From an uncultured Acidobacteriota bacterium (lineage in GTDB: Bacteria; Acidobacteriota; Vicinamibacteria; Vicinamibacterales; UBA2999): 64,000 nucleotides of DNA. A model generated the notes under the pieces. It was not told the origin of the DNA, made no database searches, and was given only the letters and a program-made list of their open reading frames with translations. Positions 9,366 to 19,710 of the stretch are shown here, in pieces. Every line of letters starts with the position of its first letter. The first letter of the stretch is position 1. Position numbers and translations under genes: made by a program. The stretch is from assembly GCA_963779175.1 (NCBI GenBank), contig CAVZXA010000003.1:257551-321550 (forward strand). The letters run 5' to 3'.

Positions 9366-11406
9366 TTACTTCAGGCTCGCGCCCACCTTCGAGAACGCCA
9401 GCATCTGCGTCGTCAGGTCCATGGGATAACCGATCGTCACGTCGGTGATGGCGCCGCTGGCGTCGGTGACCGCAGTCAGTGCCGGCATCACGAAGCCGGA
9501 ATAGGACGGCAGTTTCAGGCGATCGACGCGGGCCACGACCTGGTCGCGCAGCGTCGGATCGAAGTGCACGCCGTGCGCTTCGAAGAGCGCCTTGGCGGCG
9601 CCGTAGTCACCCACCGACTTGATGCGCTGCACCTCGCCGAGCAGCCGGCCCACGCCCTCGCGAAACGCCCGCGCGTCGGTCATCACGTAGAAGGTCTTGC
9701 CGTCGCGCTGGCGCACCTCGATGGCCTTGGTGTTGGCCATCAGCCAGCGCACGATCATCTGGCGGTTGCGCATGTGGTCTTCTTCGATCTGCGTGCCCTG
9801 GCGGATGCGGCGCAGCTGCACCAGCGCGTTCTTGGTGTAGGCCTCGTATTCCGCCTGCACGATCTCGGCCTGGTCGGCGGCCTTCAGGATGCCGAGTTCG
9901 GCGAGCTTCGGATCGGCCAGGAAGTAGAGGCCGATGAGGTCGGCGCGGCCTTCTTCGAGCGCCGAGTACTGCTCCTTGAGCAGGGTCGCCGGATTACCGC
10001 CCACCTTGTCGGAGACCTTGCCGGAGGCGTGGCCGATGACCTCGTGCATGTTGGTGTGCAGCTCGCTGGCAAAGGCGCTCCATTTGTCGGCGCGCGCCAC
10101 TTCCTCCGGCGTCCACGCGAACTCGCGCCGGAACTCGGGCACCGTGGACTTGTCGTAGGCCTCGTTCACGTTCGACAGCGACACCGACTTGCTGCCGTGC
10201 TCCTCGCGCACCTTCTGGTCGTTCGGCAGGTTGATGCCCACGGGCGTGATCGGACCGGAGTCGCCGGTTTCGATGACCACATCGATGGCCGTCGCGGTGA
10301 TGCCCTTGACGCCGGCCTTGCGGAACTCGGGCGCCCACGGCATGCGGTCTTCGAACCACTGCGCGCTGGTGGCGAGCTTCTCGATGTCCACCGTCTTCTG
10401 GCGGTTCACGTAGTAGACGAGCGCTTCCCACGAGCCCTTGACGCCGCGGGCGTCGAGATAGACCTCGATGAAGCCGTTGATGGTGTCGACCGGCGAGGCC
10501 TTGTCGTTGACCCAGGCGATGTCGTAGGCCTTGCGGTCGGCGTCGTCGCCGGTGCGATACCACTGCACCAGCTTCGCGAGCGCCTCCTTCATCGTCGGCG
10601 TGGCAAACGCCTGCGCGGCTTCGAGATGGCCGACGACGGCGCGGATCTGAACGTCGTACTTGCCGCCCACCTTGTAGACCTCTTCGACCAGGCGGCCGTT
10701 CTGCTTCACGAGGCGCGAGTTCAGGCCGTGCTTCTCGGTGAAGCCCTTGAGGTCGGCGGTTGAGACGCCGCTGTAGAGGTTGTTCGAGCTGGCCTGCAGG
10801 ATGTCGCGGCCGCCCTCCGGCGTCTTCTGCGTGACCATCGGGTCGACCGTCAGGTCGAAGAAGTAGGGCCGCAACCGCGCCAGCAGGCCGTCGAGCGACT
10901 CGCCGGACGCGGTCGCGAACGTGGCGCCGTTCTTCACGCGCCTGCGCGGCGGCTGCCGCAAAGGCCTCGGGCGTGCACGTGAGCACGAACTTGCGGGCCG
11001 TGAGGTTGTTGTAAGGCCCCGAGTTCAGCCACAACAGCTTGGTGTAGCGGGTGACCTCGGCCAGCGTCGCCGGGTCGATGCCGGCGCTGTGGGTCAGGAT
11101 CTGTTCGACCACGCCGCGCATGGCGAGGCCGTGCGCGTAGCGCTGATCCCAGTAGATGTCGCGGCCGGCAATGGCCGCCTGGGTGAGGTGATAGACGAGG
11201 CGCTTCTCGTTGAGCGGCAGATCGCGAAAGCCGTCGGCGTAGAGCTGCACGACGGCGGCATCGTCGACGCGCTCGAGCAGGTACTTGCGCTCGGCCGGCG
11301 CCGCCGCCGCGGTGGCCGCGGGCGCCGGTGCGGGTGTGTCGGCGGGCGACGAACAGCCGGCAAGGGCAGTGGCAAGCGAGGCGGCGAGAGCGAGTCGGAT
11401 GCGCAT
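9366..11406 (-). pseudogene. Dipeptidyl-peptidase III-like metallopeptidase (M49 family) lipoprotein, one frame break near 10930
   Basis: The zinc motifs HEVIGH and EEGRADL lie in ORF 9366-10961. The N-terminal part, with the lipobox MRIRLALAASLATALAGCSS, lies in ORF 9994-11442 and joins collinearly (…TPEAFAAAAAQAR | NGATFATASGESLDGLLARLRPYFFD). Confidence 0.85.
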
Positions 11407-11473
11407 CCCGCGAGTGTAAACCACCACTCGCGGCGCGACCACGGCGACAAGGGCGCCGATACCGGGGGGCGGG

Positions 11474-12076
11474 TCAGCCGCGCGCGGCGAGCGGAGCAGC
11501 CGTGCGACCGGTCCAGCGCCCGGCTTCGTCGAGATGCAGGCCGAACTGGTCGAGCACGCGCATCACGGTATGGTCCACGATGTCGTCCACCGAGGTCGGG
11601 CGCTGGTAGAAGGCCGGCACCGGCGGGAACATCACGGCACCCATCCGCGACAGGCGCAGCATATGTTCGAGGTGGATGTCGCTGAGCGGCGCCTCGCGGG
11701 GCACCAGCACCAGCTTCCGGCGCTCCTTGAGCACGACATCGGCGGCCCGGTGCACGAGCGTGGTGCCGCTGCCGGTCGAGATCGCCGCCAGCGTCCGCAT
11801 GCTGCACGGCGCCACGACCATGCCGCGGGTGACGAACGAGCCGCTCGAGATGGCGGCGCCGAAATCGTCGGGGCTGTGGACCTCGGTGGCCAGACGTTTC
11901 ACGCCCTCAACGGTGTAGTCGGTTTCCTGCAGCATCGTCTGGATGGCCCACTTGCTCATGACCAGGTGCGAGCCGACGCCGGCCTCGCGCAGCCGCTCGA
12001 GCAGCCGGACGCCGTAGATGATGCCGGTCGCGCCGGTGAGGGCGACGACGAGTGGAGCCGAAGAAGCGGTGGACAT
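11474..12076 (-). CDS. ubiX: Flavin prenyltransferase UbiX
   Basis: This is a 200-aa product: MSTASSAPLVVALTGATGIIYGVRLLERL...MVVAPCSMRTLAAISTGSGTTLVHRAADVVLKERRKLVLVPREAPL. It is a typical UbiX/Pad1 flavoprotein. The ATG at 12076 was checked in the sequence. Confidence 0.9.
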   Translation of the reverse strand: MSTASSAPLVVALTGATGIIYGVRLLERLREAGVGSHLVMSKWAIQTMLQETDYTVEGVKRLATEVHSPDDFGAAISSGSFVTRGMVVAPCSMRTLAAISTGSGTTLVHRAADVVLKERRKLVLVPREAPLSDIHLEHMLRLSRMGAVMFPPVPAFYQRPTSVDDIVDHTVMRVLDQFGLHLDEAGRWTGRTAAPLAARG

Positions 12077-12102
12077 GCGGATACTGGCCCTCGGGCTGGC
12101 TG

Positions 12103-13623
12103 CTAGTGTAGCCCTCTCCCTTGGACGCCGGGTCCCGCCGCGGCGTCCCGGCGCCAGGCGCGCCAGAGCGGCGGCGCCGCCAGCAGGAGGGCACACACGG
12201 CCAGCAGCGCCCCGGCGATCGGGCGCGTGACGAGTGTGGCCCAGCCGCCGTCGCCCACCGCCAGCGCCCGCCGCAGATGCATGTCGGCCGCCGGTCCCAG
12301 CATGAAGCCGATCATCACCGGCGCCAGCGGACACGCGACCCGCCGCAGGCCGAGACCGACCAGGCCGATGACGACCAGCGCGAGGATGTCGCCCGAGGAA
12401 CGATGCACGCTCCACGCGCCAACCGTCGCCACGACGAGGATGCCGCCGTAGAGCCACGGCGCCGGGATGCGCAGCAGCAGCACCCACAGGCGCACGAGCG
12501 GCAGGTTGAGCACCAGCAGCAGGACATTGCCGATGTAGAGACTCGCCAGCAGCGTCCACACGAACTCGGGCTCGCGCTCGAAGAGCAGCGGTCCGGCCTG
12601 CAGGCCGAACTGCTGGAACGCGGCGAGCAGCACGGCGGCGGTCGCCGAGGCGGGCAGCCCCAGCGTCAGCAGCGGCACCAGCGTGCCGGCGGCCGAGGCG
12701 TTGTTGGCGGCCTCCGGGCCGGCGACGCCTTCAATCGCGCCGCTCCCGAATTCCTCCGGCCGGCGTGCGAGGCGTTTCTCGACGGCGTACGAAAGCAGCG
12801 TGGGCAGTTCTGCGCCACCGGCGGGCAAGGCGCCGAGCGGAAAGCCGATGACGGTGCCACGCAGCCACGGCTTCCACGACCGCGCCCAGTCGTCGCGCGT
12901 CATCCAGCGCGTGCGCTCGAGCGGCAGCACCGCGTGGCCGGCCGGTGGCCCGGCGGCGAGCGCCAGGGTCTCACCGACGGCGAACAGGCCGATGGCGACG
13001 ATCGTCGGGTCGAGTCCGTCGAGCAGGTACGGCACGCCGAAGGTCAGGCGTGCCTCACCGCTCAACCGATCGATGCCGGCCAGGCCCAGCAGCACGCCCA
13101 CGAAGAGGCTGAGCAGGCCAGCGGTGCGCGAGTCGCCGAGCAGCGTCGAGGTGGCGATGAACGCCAGCACGATGAGGGCGAAATACTCCGCCGGGCCGAA
13201 GGCGAGGGCGAGCCGCGCCATCGCCGGCGCACTCACCGTGAGCAGCAGCGTGCCGAGCGTGCCGGCAACGAAGCTGCCGATGGCGGCGGTGGCCAGGGCC
13301 GCGCCGGCGCGGCCGCGGCGCGCCATCTGATGACCCTCGAGCGCGGTCACGATCGTCGAGCTCTCGCCGGGCGTGTTCAGCAGGATCGACGTCGTCGAGC
13401 CGCCGTACATCCCGCCGTAGTAGATGCCCGCGAACATGATGAAGGCGCTCGTCGGGTCGAGGCCGTAGGTGGCCGGCAGCAGCAGCGCGACGGTGAGCGC
13501 AGGGCCGATGCCGGGCAGCACGCCGACGGCGGTGCCGAGAGTGACGCCGAGCGCGCCCCAGCCGAGATGCGCCGGCGTGAGCGCCTGCACGAAACCGTCT
13601 GAGAGCGCCGCGAAGGCGTTCAC
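12103..13623 (-). CDS. tctA: Tripartite tricarboxylate transporter, large permease TctA
   Basis: The product has a GTG start and is [50 protein letters not shown]...[22 protein letters not shown].... It is polytopic throughout. The GTG start overlaps the upstream stop codon as GTGA at 13620-13623. Confidence 0.9.
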   Translation of the reverse strand: MNAFAALSDGFVQALTPAHLGWGALGVTLGTAVGVLPGIGPALTVALLLPATYGLDPTSAFIMFAGIYYGGMYGGSTTSILLNTPGESSTIVTALEGHQMARRGRAGAALATAAIGSFVAGTLGTLLLTVSAPAMARLALAFGPAEYFALIVLAFIATSTLLGDSRTAGLLSLFVGVLLGLAGIDRLSGEARLTFGVPYLLDGLDPTIVAIGLFAVGETLALAAGPPAGHAVLPLERTRWMTRDDWARSWKPWLRGTVIGFPLGALPAGGAELPTLLSYAVEKRLARRPEEFGSGAIEGVAGPEAANNASAAGTLVPLLTLGLPASATAAVLLAAFQQFGLQAGPLLFEREPEFVWTLLASLYIGNVLLLVLNLPLVRLWVLLLRIPAPWLYGGILVVATVGAWSVHRSSGDILALVVIGLVGLGLRRVACPLAPVMIGFMLGPAADMHLRRALAVGDGGWATLVTRPIAGALLAVCALLLAAPPLWRAWRRDAAAGPGVQGRGLH

Positions 13624-14957
13624 CGCGGCCACCCCCCGAGCGGCAGCGGCACGCCGAGCCCGGCCGCGAACACGATCGCGATGACGACCGTCACGGCCAC
13701 CCCGACGCCGACGTTGCGCGCGTGACGGCGGCTGCCGAGCGCTGCGGCGCCGGCGGTGAAGACGAGGGTCGCGGTGATGACAAATCCCAGCAGCGGCTGG
13801 AGCACCGCCTGCAGCAGCAGGGCGCCGGCGATGAGCCCGACGCGGGCGTGTGCGCCGGGTGCGCCGGGCATCGCCGGAGCGCCTCGACGCTGCCACGCGA
13901 GGGCCAACATCAGCACCGCGGTGAAGGCCAGCGCGAGTGCCGGCGCGGTGGCGGAGGTCGGTGTCCACGAGGTCGCGGGCGTGGCCCGGCCCTGCGCGAG
14001 TCTCGCCAGCACCGCGTGGACACGTGCCTGTTCGGCCAGCAGGAACTGGCGGAACGCCGGTCCGTCGAGGTACTGGTCGGTCCAGCCCGTGCGGGCCAGC
14101 GTGTCGCGCCAGGCGGCGCTGTCGACCGCGACGCGGACCCGCGCGGCGAGCGCGGCAGCCTCGGCGTCGCTGACGCCGGGCGGCGCCACGACCGCCCGCC
14201 AGTTGGCGAGGTCGAGTGGCACGCCGGCCTCGCGCAGCGTCGGCGCGTCGAGTTCGGCCACGCGTGTGGGCGAAGAAATCGCCAGGGCGCGCAGTTGTCC
14301 GGCGCTGATGCTCTGCGCGAACTCGCCGAGGCCGCTCACGCCGGCCGTGACCTGCCCGCCGAGCAGCGCCGCCAGCGCTTCGCCGCCGCCCGAGAACGCC
14401 ACGTAGTTCACATCGGCGGGAGAGACGCCGATGGCCTCGGCCATCAGCCGCGCCAGCAGGTCGTCGGTGCCGCCGGCCGAGCCGCCGCCCCACGAGACGG
14501 CGCGCGGCGCGGCACGGAAGGCGGCGAGCAGGTCCTGCAGCGTGCGGTGCGGCGAGCCGGCCGGCACCACGATCACTTCGTGTTCGCCGGTCAGGCGCGC
14601 GATTGGCGTGACGTCGGCCAGCGAGACCACCGACTGCGTGGCGACGATGCCGCTCACCATCACGAGCCCGGTCACCAGCAGCGCGTCATCGCGGCCGCGA
14701 TCGGCGCTGGTGAAGCGCGCCAGGCCGATCGTGCCGGCCGCCCCCGGCACGTTCTCCACCTGCACGTTCACGGGCGGCGTGAGCGCGGCAAACGCGCGCT
14801 GCAGGGCCCGGGCGGTCTGGTCCCAGCCGCCGCCGGGCGCGGCCGGGGCCACGATCGTGATCGACTGCGCCGCGGCTGTCCTCGGGGTCGAGACGGTGGC
14901 CGCGACCAGCGTTGCCGCGAGCACCAGCACGCGGGCGACAGCGCGACGCTCGGGCAT
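13620..14957 (-). CDS. tctC: Tripartite tricarboxylate transporter substrate-binding protein TctC, continuous with a C-terminal TctB-like 4-TM segment
   Basis: A signal peptide plus the Bug/TctC-like body are present ([20 protein letters not shown]...[15 protein letters not shown]...[20 protein letters not shown]). The last roughly 120 aa are hydrophobic and resemble the small TctB subunit ([18 protein letters not shown]...[24 protein letters not shown]). The ATG at 14957 is preferred over the GTG at 14978. Confidence 0.8.
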   Translation of the reverse strand: MPERRAVARVLVLAATLVAATVSTPRTAAAQSITIVAPAAPGGGWDQTARALQRAFAALTPPVNVQVENVPGAAGTIGLARFTSADRGRDDALLVTGLVMVSGIVATQSVVSLADVTPIARLTGEHEVIVVPAGSPHRTLQDLLAAFRAAPRAVSWGGGSAGGTDDLLARLMAEAIGVSPADVNYVAFSGGGEALAALLGGQVTAGVSGLGEFAQSISAGQLRALAISSPTRVAELDAPTLREAGVPLDLANWRAVVAPPGVSDAEAAALAARVRVAVDSAAWRDTLARTGWTDQYLDGPAFRQFLLAEQARVHAVLARLAQGRATPATSWTPTSATAPALALAFTAVLMLALAWQRRGAPAMPGAPGAHARVGLIAGALLLQAVLQPLLGFVITATLVFTAGAAALGSRRHARNVGVGVAVTVVIAIVFAAGLGVPLPLGGWPR

Positions 14958-14999
14958 CAGGGCGCGATTGTAGTGCACGGGCCTCGGCGGCCGGCGCTA

Positions 15000-15200
15000 G
15001 TGTCCCGGAGCCGATGTTCGCTGACATGCTCCGGGCGGGGCATCCCGCGTCCCACCCCACGACGCAGAGGACGCGTCGCGGGGGCCCCGGCTCGCGGCGT
15101 TGCTTCTCCCTCGAATATTCTCGATATTCTCGGTCGTCGCGCCTGGCGATCCGGGCGCCGCGCCCGGATCATTTGTCACCGAACTTCGGCTCCGGGACAC
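15000..15200. mobile_element. MITE-like non-autonomous element, copy 1 (201 bp)
   Basis: The terminal inverted repeats are gtgtcccggagccgatgttcgctgaca (15000-15026) and tgtcaccgaacttcggctccgggacac (15174-15200). The interior is near-identical to copy 2 at 24008-24166, apart from a 42-bp extra segment. There is no coding capacity. Confidence 0.8.
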
Positions 15201-15212
15201 TAGGATCGCCGG

Positions 15213-16127
15213 ATGCCGACCGCCCGCTATCTCCACTACGACGTCTTCACCTCGCGCCCGTTCGAGGGCAACCAGCTCGCCGTGTTCCTCGACGCGCGCG
15301 GCCTCGAGACGCGCGACATGCAGACGCTCACCACCGAGATGAACTTCGCCGAGAGCACCTTCGTGCTGCCGGCCGAGTCCGCCGACACCGACATCCGGAT
15401 GCGCATCTTCACGCCGGCGCGGGAGATGCCGATGGCGGGACATCCCACCATCGGCACCACCTTCGCGCTGGCCTCGCTCGGCGTCATTGCGCCGCCGCGC
15501 GCGCGCTGGATGTTCGGCCTGAACGTCGGGCCAACGCCGGTGGCGCTCGAGTGGGGCACGAACGGTCTTGCCGCGGCGTGGATGGATCAGGGGCGGCCCG
15601 AGTTCCGTGTGAGCGGCGGGCCCGGCGCCGAGGTGGTGGCGGCCATCAACGGCGATCTGGCGGCGTGGACGTCGACCGGGCTGCCCGTCGAGGAAGCGTC
15701 GTGCGGCGCGGCGTTCTTCTACGTGCCGCTGGCGACGCGGGCGGCCGTCGATGCGTGCGATCCGGACGGCGCGAAGATGCGGCGGCTGACGAGTGCGTTT
15801 GCCGGGGCCCACATCGGCGTGTTCGTGTTCTCGGCCGAACCGGGGCCCGACGGCGCTACGGTCTACAGCCGGATGTTCGCGCCGGAGGCCGGCGTGGTCG
15901 AAGACCCGGCGACCGGCGGGGCCAGCGGACCGCTCGGCGGGTATCTGGTGCGCCACGGCGTCGTGTCGCTGGCGGACGCCGGCACCATCGTGAGCGCGCA
16001 GGGCGTGAAGATGGGCCGCCCGAGCCGCGTGCACGTGCGCGTCGAGGCGACCTCACCCGCTGATATTCGCTGCGTCCACGTGGGTGGCACCGCCGTCCGC
16101 GTCGGTGAGGGCACGATCACCTGGTAG
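15213..16127 (+). CDS. PhzF-family (phenazine biosynthesis-like) isomerase
   Basis: This is an intact 304-aa ORF: MPTARYLHYDVFTSRPFEGNQLAVFLDARGL...MNFAESTFVLP...HPTIGT.... This is a typical PhzF/DAP-epimerase-fold signature. Confidence 0.88.
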   Translation: MPTARYLHYDVFTSRPFEGNQLAVFLDARGLETRDMQTLTTEMNFAESTFVLPAESADTDIRMRIFTPAREMPMAGHPTIGTTFALASLGVIAPPRARWMFGLNVGPTPVALEWGTNGLAAAWMDQGRPEFRVSGGPGAEVVAAINGDLAAWTSTGLPVEEASCGAAFFYVPLATRAAVDACDPDGAKMRRLTSAFAGAHIGVFVFSAEPGPDGATVYSRMFAPEAGVVEDPATGGASGPLGGYLVRHGVVSLADAGTIVSAQGVKMGRPSRVHVRVEATSPADIRCVHVGGTAVRVGEGTITW

Positions 16128-16151
16128 TTGTCACTCGACTTGTCGGTGGTC

Positions 16152-16226
16152 GGGTCAGACCCCATTCTTGACTGGGCCAGACTTCGCGGCGATTGGTCTG
16201 GTCCAGCCCAGAATGGGGTCTGACCC
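16152..16226. terminator. Long imperfect hairpin between convergent genes (candidate bidirectional terminator or REP-like element)
   Basis: The left arm gggtcagaccccattct... (16152-16182) pairs with the right arm ...agaatggggtctgaccc (16196-16226). The outer 17 bp are perfectly complementary. It lies between the phzF-like stop (16127) and the pdxH stop (16242). There is no clear U-tract. Confidence 0.45.
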
Positions 16227-16241
16227 CAGACCCCGTGACAG

Positions 16242-16880
16242 CTACGGTGCGAGGCGTTCGATGATCCAGGCCGCGCCGTCGCGACGGTAGCGCAGGCGGT
16301 CGTGCAGGCGGTTCGGGCGGCCCTGCCAGAACTCGATCCACGAGGGCGCGACCAGGTAGCCGCCCCAGTGCGGTGGACGGGTCATCGCCTGGCCCGCGAA
16401 CCGCGTGGACACCTCAGACATCCGCGTCTCGAGCGTCTCGCGATCCGGGATCACCGCACTCTGCGGCGACGCCCACGCGCCGGTACTGGCTCTCGAGCGG
16501 GCGCGACAGGAAATACGCGTCGCTGGCGGCCGCCATCCACGCGCGTGACCGTGCCGCTCACCCGCACCTGGCGTTCGAGATCGGCCCAGAAGAACACCAG
16601 CGTGGCGCGCGGATTCGCCGCCAGCTCGCGGCCCTTGGCGCTGTCGTAGTTCGTGAAGAAGGTGAAGCCGTCGGCGCCGACGTCCTTGAGCAGCACGATG
16701 CGCGCGTCCGGCGTGCCGTCGGCCGACGCGGTGGCCAGCGTCATCGCCGTTGGCATCGGCGAGCTCGGCGCGCACCGCCTCGTCGAGCCACTGACGGAAC
16801 AGCACGATGGGATCGGCGGCGGCGTCGGCCTCCGACAGCGCGCGCGCGCGATAGTCTCTGCGCAGGTCCGCAATCGACAT
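16242..16880 (-). pseudogene. pdxH: Pyridoxamine 5'-phosphate oxidase, two frame breaks
   Basis: The N-terminus [36 protein letters not shown] and the C-terminus ...[44 protein letters not shown] lie in ORF 16242-16919. The middle [64 protein letters not shown] lies in ORF 16451-16873. Confidence 0.85.
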
Positions 16881-19700
16881 CAGGGCGTCTCCTTCGGGGA
16901 CGGCACGGGCGCGACCCACACGCCGAGGTAGCGGCGATCCCGCACCGCGGGATCGACCTCCATCGGCACGAATCCGGTCGTCGTCGACGAGACTCGAGCA
17001 GGATCACGCTGCCCGTGGCCGGCGGCGGCACCTGCACGTCGACCGCGGTCTTCGCCCGAGCAGATCGATCTCCTGGCTCCAGCCGAGCGTGGCGAGCCGC
17101 AGGTGGTTCGGCCGCTTGCCGCTGTGCACGCGCAGCGTCACGCCGTCGGCGCAGCCGCCGGCGCACGCCAGGGTCACGCGCGCCGGCCGCTCGCCGGTCG
17201 TCCAGAAGCCGCCGGCTTCCGGATACATGGGCTCGTCGTGGAAGAACACCAGCGCTTCGCCGTAAGCGGCCGCGGCGAGCACCTGCGGCGTCGCGCGCGC
17301 GCACGCCCTGGTCTACGACGGCCACCGGCTTCGATGCGGAGCGACGGCGATCGAGCGCTCGACCTCCGGCGTGCCGCGCAGGCCGACGAAGCCGGCGTCG
17401 ACCGGCAGCCAGAACTCCTCGGCTCCAGCGCGCCGCCGGGCATCGGCGCCACCGTCCACGTCGTGAGCGGATGCGCCGATGCGTCCCACCTGCAGCGCCA
17501 CCGTGGCGCCGCGTGCGCGCCGGCAGCGGATTGCGCGACGGCCCACTGGATCACGAGCGCGGTAGCGGCCGGCCGGCAGCGAGAAGCGGCCGTTGTGCAG
17601 CACGCGCACCGGCTGCGGCTCGGTGCGCAGGCCAGGCGTCGACGCCGACCGCAGAGCATCGCTACGTCGTCGACGGCGCTCGACAGGTGGAGCGGCGCGT
17701 AGCGCAGCGATCCAGCGGCCGGCTCACGTGATCGAACGAGTCGAGCGCGGCAAGCCGCGGCCCGGCGCGCCAGGTCGATGCCCGGCAGCGGCGGCTGGGC
17801 CGGCGGCAGCAGCCGCATCGCCGTCGCGCCCGCCCACGAGCGCCAGGCCGCGCCCGCCGGGACGCCATCAGCGCCGCCGCGCCACGCGTGGCCGGCGCGC
17901 ACCCGGCCGAGCGCCCACGATCCCAGGGCCGACGACCGCCAGCCAGACGGCCACGTCGAGCGAGCGCGCGCGGCGCCTCGTGTGCGATGAAGGTCGGCGC
18001 CAGCAGTCCACAGCGGCCACCGCGGCGACAGCCACTCGAGCAGCGACGAGGTGCCGTCGCGGCCGTTGTTGACGAGGAAGCCGTCCTGCGCGGTCGAGCA
18101 GCACGACGGCCAGGCAGACGCCGGCCCAGATGAGCAGATGCTGCGCCGCCCGGCGCACCGAATCCGCGGCAGCGGTGCCGAGCTGCACGGTGATGGGCAG
18201 CATCAGGATCAGCAGACCAGAGGTGATCGGACGTCCGGGCGCGGCCGACCCGCCCCACCAGATCCTGAACGCCCCGACTGTGAAGAGGAGCGCGCCGAAG
18301 ACGAGGGCGACCTCGAGCCCCAGACGGCGCAGCGGCCCGGGCCGCCGCGTCATCGTCCACACGCCGAAGCCGGCAAGGACGTAGGCAGGCGCGTAGGCGA
18401 GCAGTCCGTACTCCTGATCGAAGAGCAGGCCCGGCACGCCGAACAGCGTGTTGTCGATCTCGGTCTGCGACATCGCGCCGTACGGCGCGCTGGGCCACGG
18501 CGTGCCCCAGTAGGCGTAGAAGAACGCGAACCACGCGAGCAGGCTGAGTCCGTACGGCACGGCGACCCGCACACCCGCGGCGATCTGCCAGCGCCGTTCA
18601 CCCGGATGCAGGGGCCAGGCGCGCCGCGCCAGGGCGACCGCGACGAGCGCCGCCGACATGGGCGCGTACTTGGTGCTGAGCCACGGCAGCGCGCCCGCGA
18701 GCAGCCCGATCGCGAGGTCGTGCCACGTCCGCCCGCCGGGTGTCGGGCGCAGCGTGAGCACCAGGGCCAGCGCCACCACAAGCGCCGCCGGAACCTCGGG
18801 GTAGATCGTGAAGGCGTTGATGAGAAACGGCGCCGAGAGCACGATCGCCGCCCAGGCCAGCGTCGGCGTGCCGAGGGCGCCGGTGAGCGCGACCACCCAC
18901 CGCCACACGACGGCCGCGGCGGTGGCCGCCATCGCCACGAAGAACGCGACCACCAGATCGTAGCCGCCGAGCGCGTAGACGGGCGTGATGAGCACCGGCA
19001 TGCCAATCGGGTGCACCGAGTAGATCTCGCGGTCGACGCCGCGCGTCAGGTAGTGCGGATCCAGATCGCGCCCGAAGTACTCGGCATAGTCCCGCCGCGT
19101 GTGGTTGTTCTCGATCAGCAGATCGCCGTCGCGCCACAGGCTCTGCGCGAGCACCAGGTAGTGCGGCTCGTCGCCTGAGGGGAAGAGCACCGTGTGCGTG
19201 AGCCGCTGGGCCCCGAGGCCGGCTGCCGCCGCCGTGACGATCCAGATGGCGGCCGTGTGCGTGCGAAGCGACCGCCGCGTGCACCACGCGGCCACACCCG
19301 GCAGGTGCGGCCACAACGTCCACAGGATCTGCGTGCCGACCAGCGCCCAGATCATCCAGAAGCCCGGTCCGGCGAGGGCCTGCAGGGCCGGCCACCAGTC
19401 GGGCACGACCGGCAGATACGGCACGATCAGCGCCGCCAGCGCCAAGGCCGGCAGCACCAGCGAGGCGAGCGCCGGTCGGCAGGCGGGACGCACGCGCGTG
19501 ACGAGCATGGCCAGGCCGCCGAGCACGACGACGCCAAAGGCGAGGAAGGCGACGAAGGGCTCCCACGACGGCACCAGCGCGATGCGCTGACGCACGCCGT
19601 CCACGACCACCTCATCGAGCTCGGCGCGTGAGGCCCAGCCGGCGGCGCCCACGACGAGGCAGGCGAGGCTTGGCAGGACGGCGGCGCGCGCGCGAGTCAC
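16880..19700 (-). pseudogene. Large GT-C-fold (ArnT/PMT-like) integral membrane protein. The N-terminal 610 aa are intact and the C-terminal third is frame-scrambled
   Basis: ORF 17868-19700 is polytopic and carries the periplasmic-loop motif FPSGDEPHYLVLAQSLWRDGDLLIENN. Coding signal continues on the minus strand in shifting frames through 16880-17900, for example VLHNGRFSLPAGRY, EEFWLPVDAGFVGLRGTPEVERS and YGEALVFFHDEPMYPEAGGFWTTGERPARVTLACAGGCADGVTLRVHSGKRPNHLRLATLGWSQEIDL. It ends ...[17 protein letters not shown]. Its TGA overlaps the pdxH ATG as TGATG. Confidence 0.65.
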
Positions 19701-19710
19701 AACGACGATC

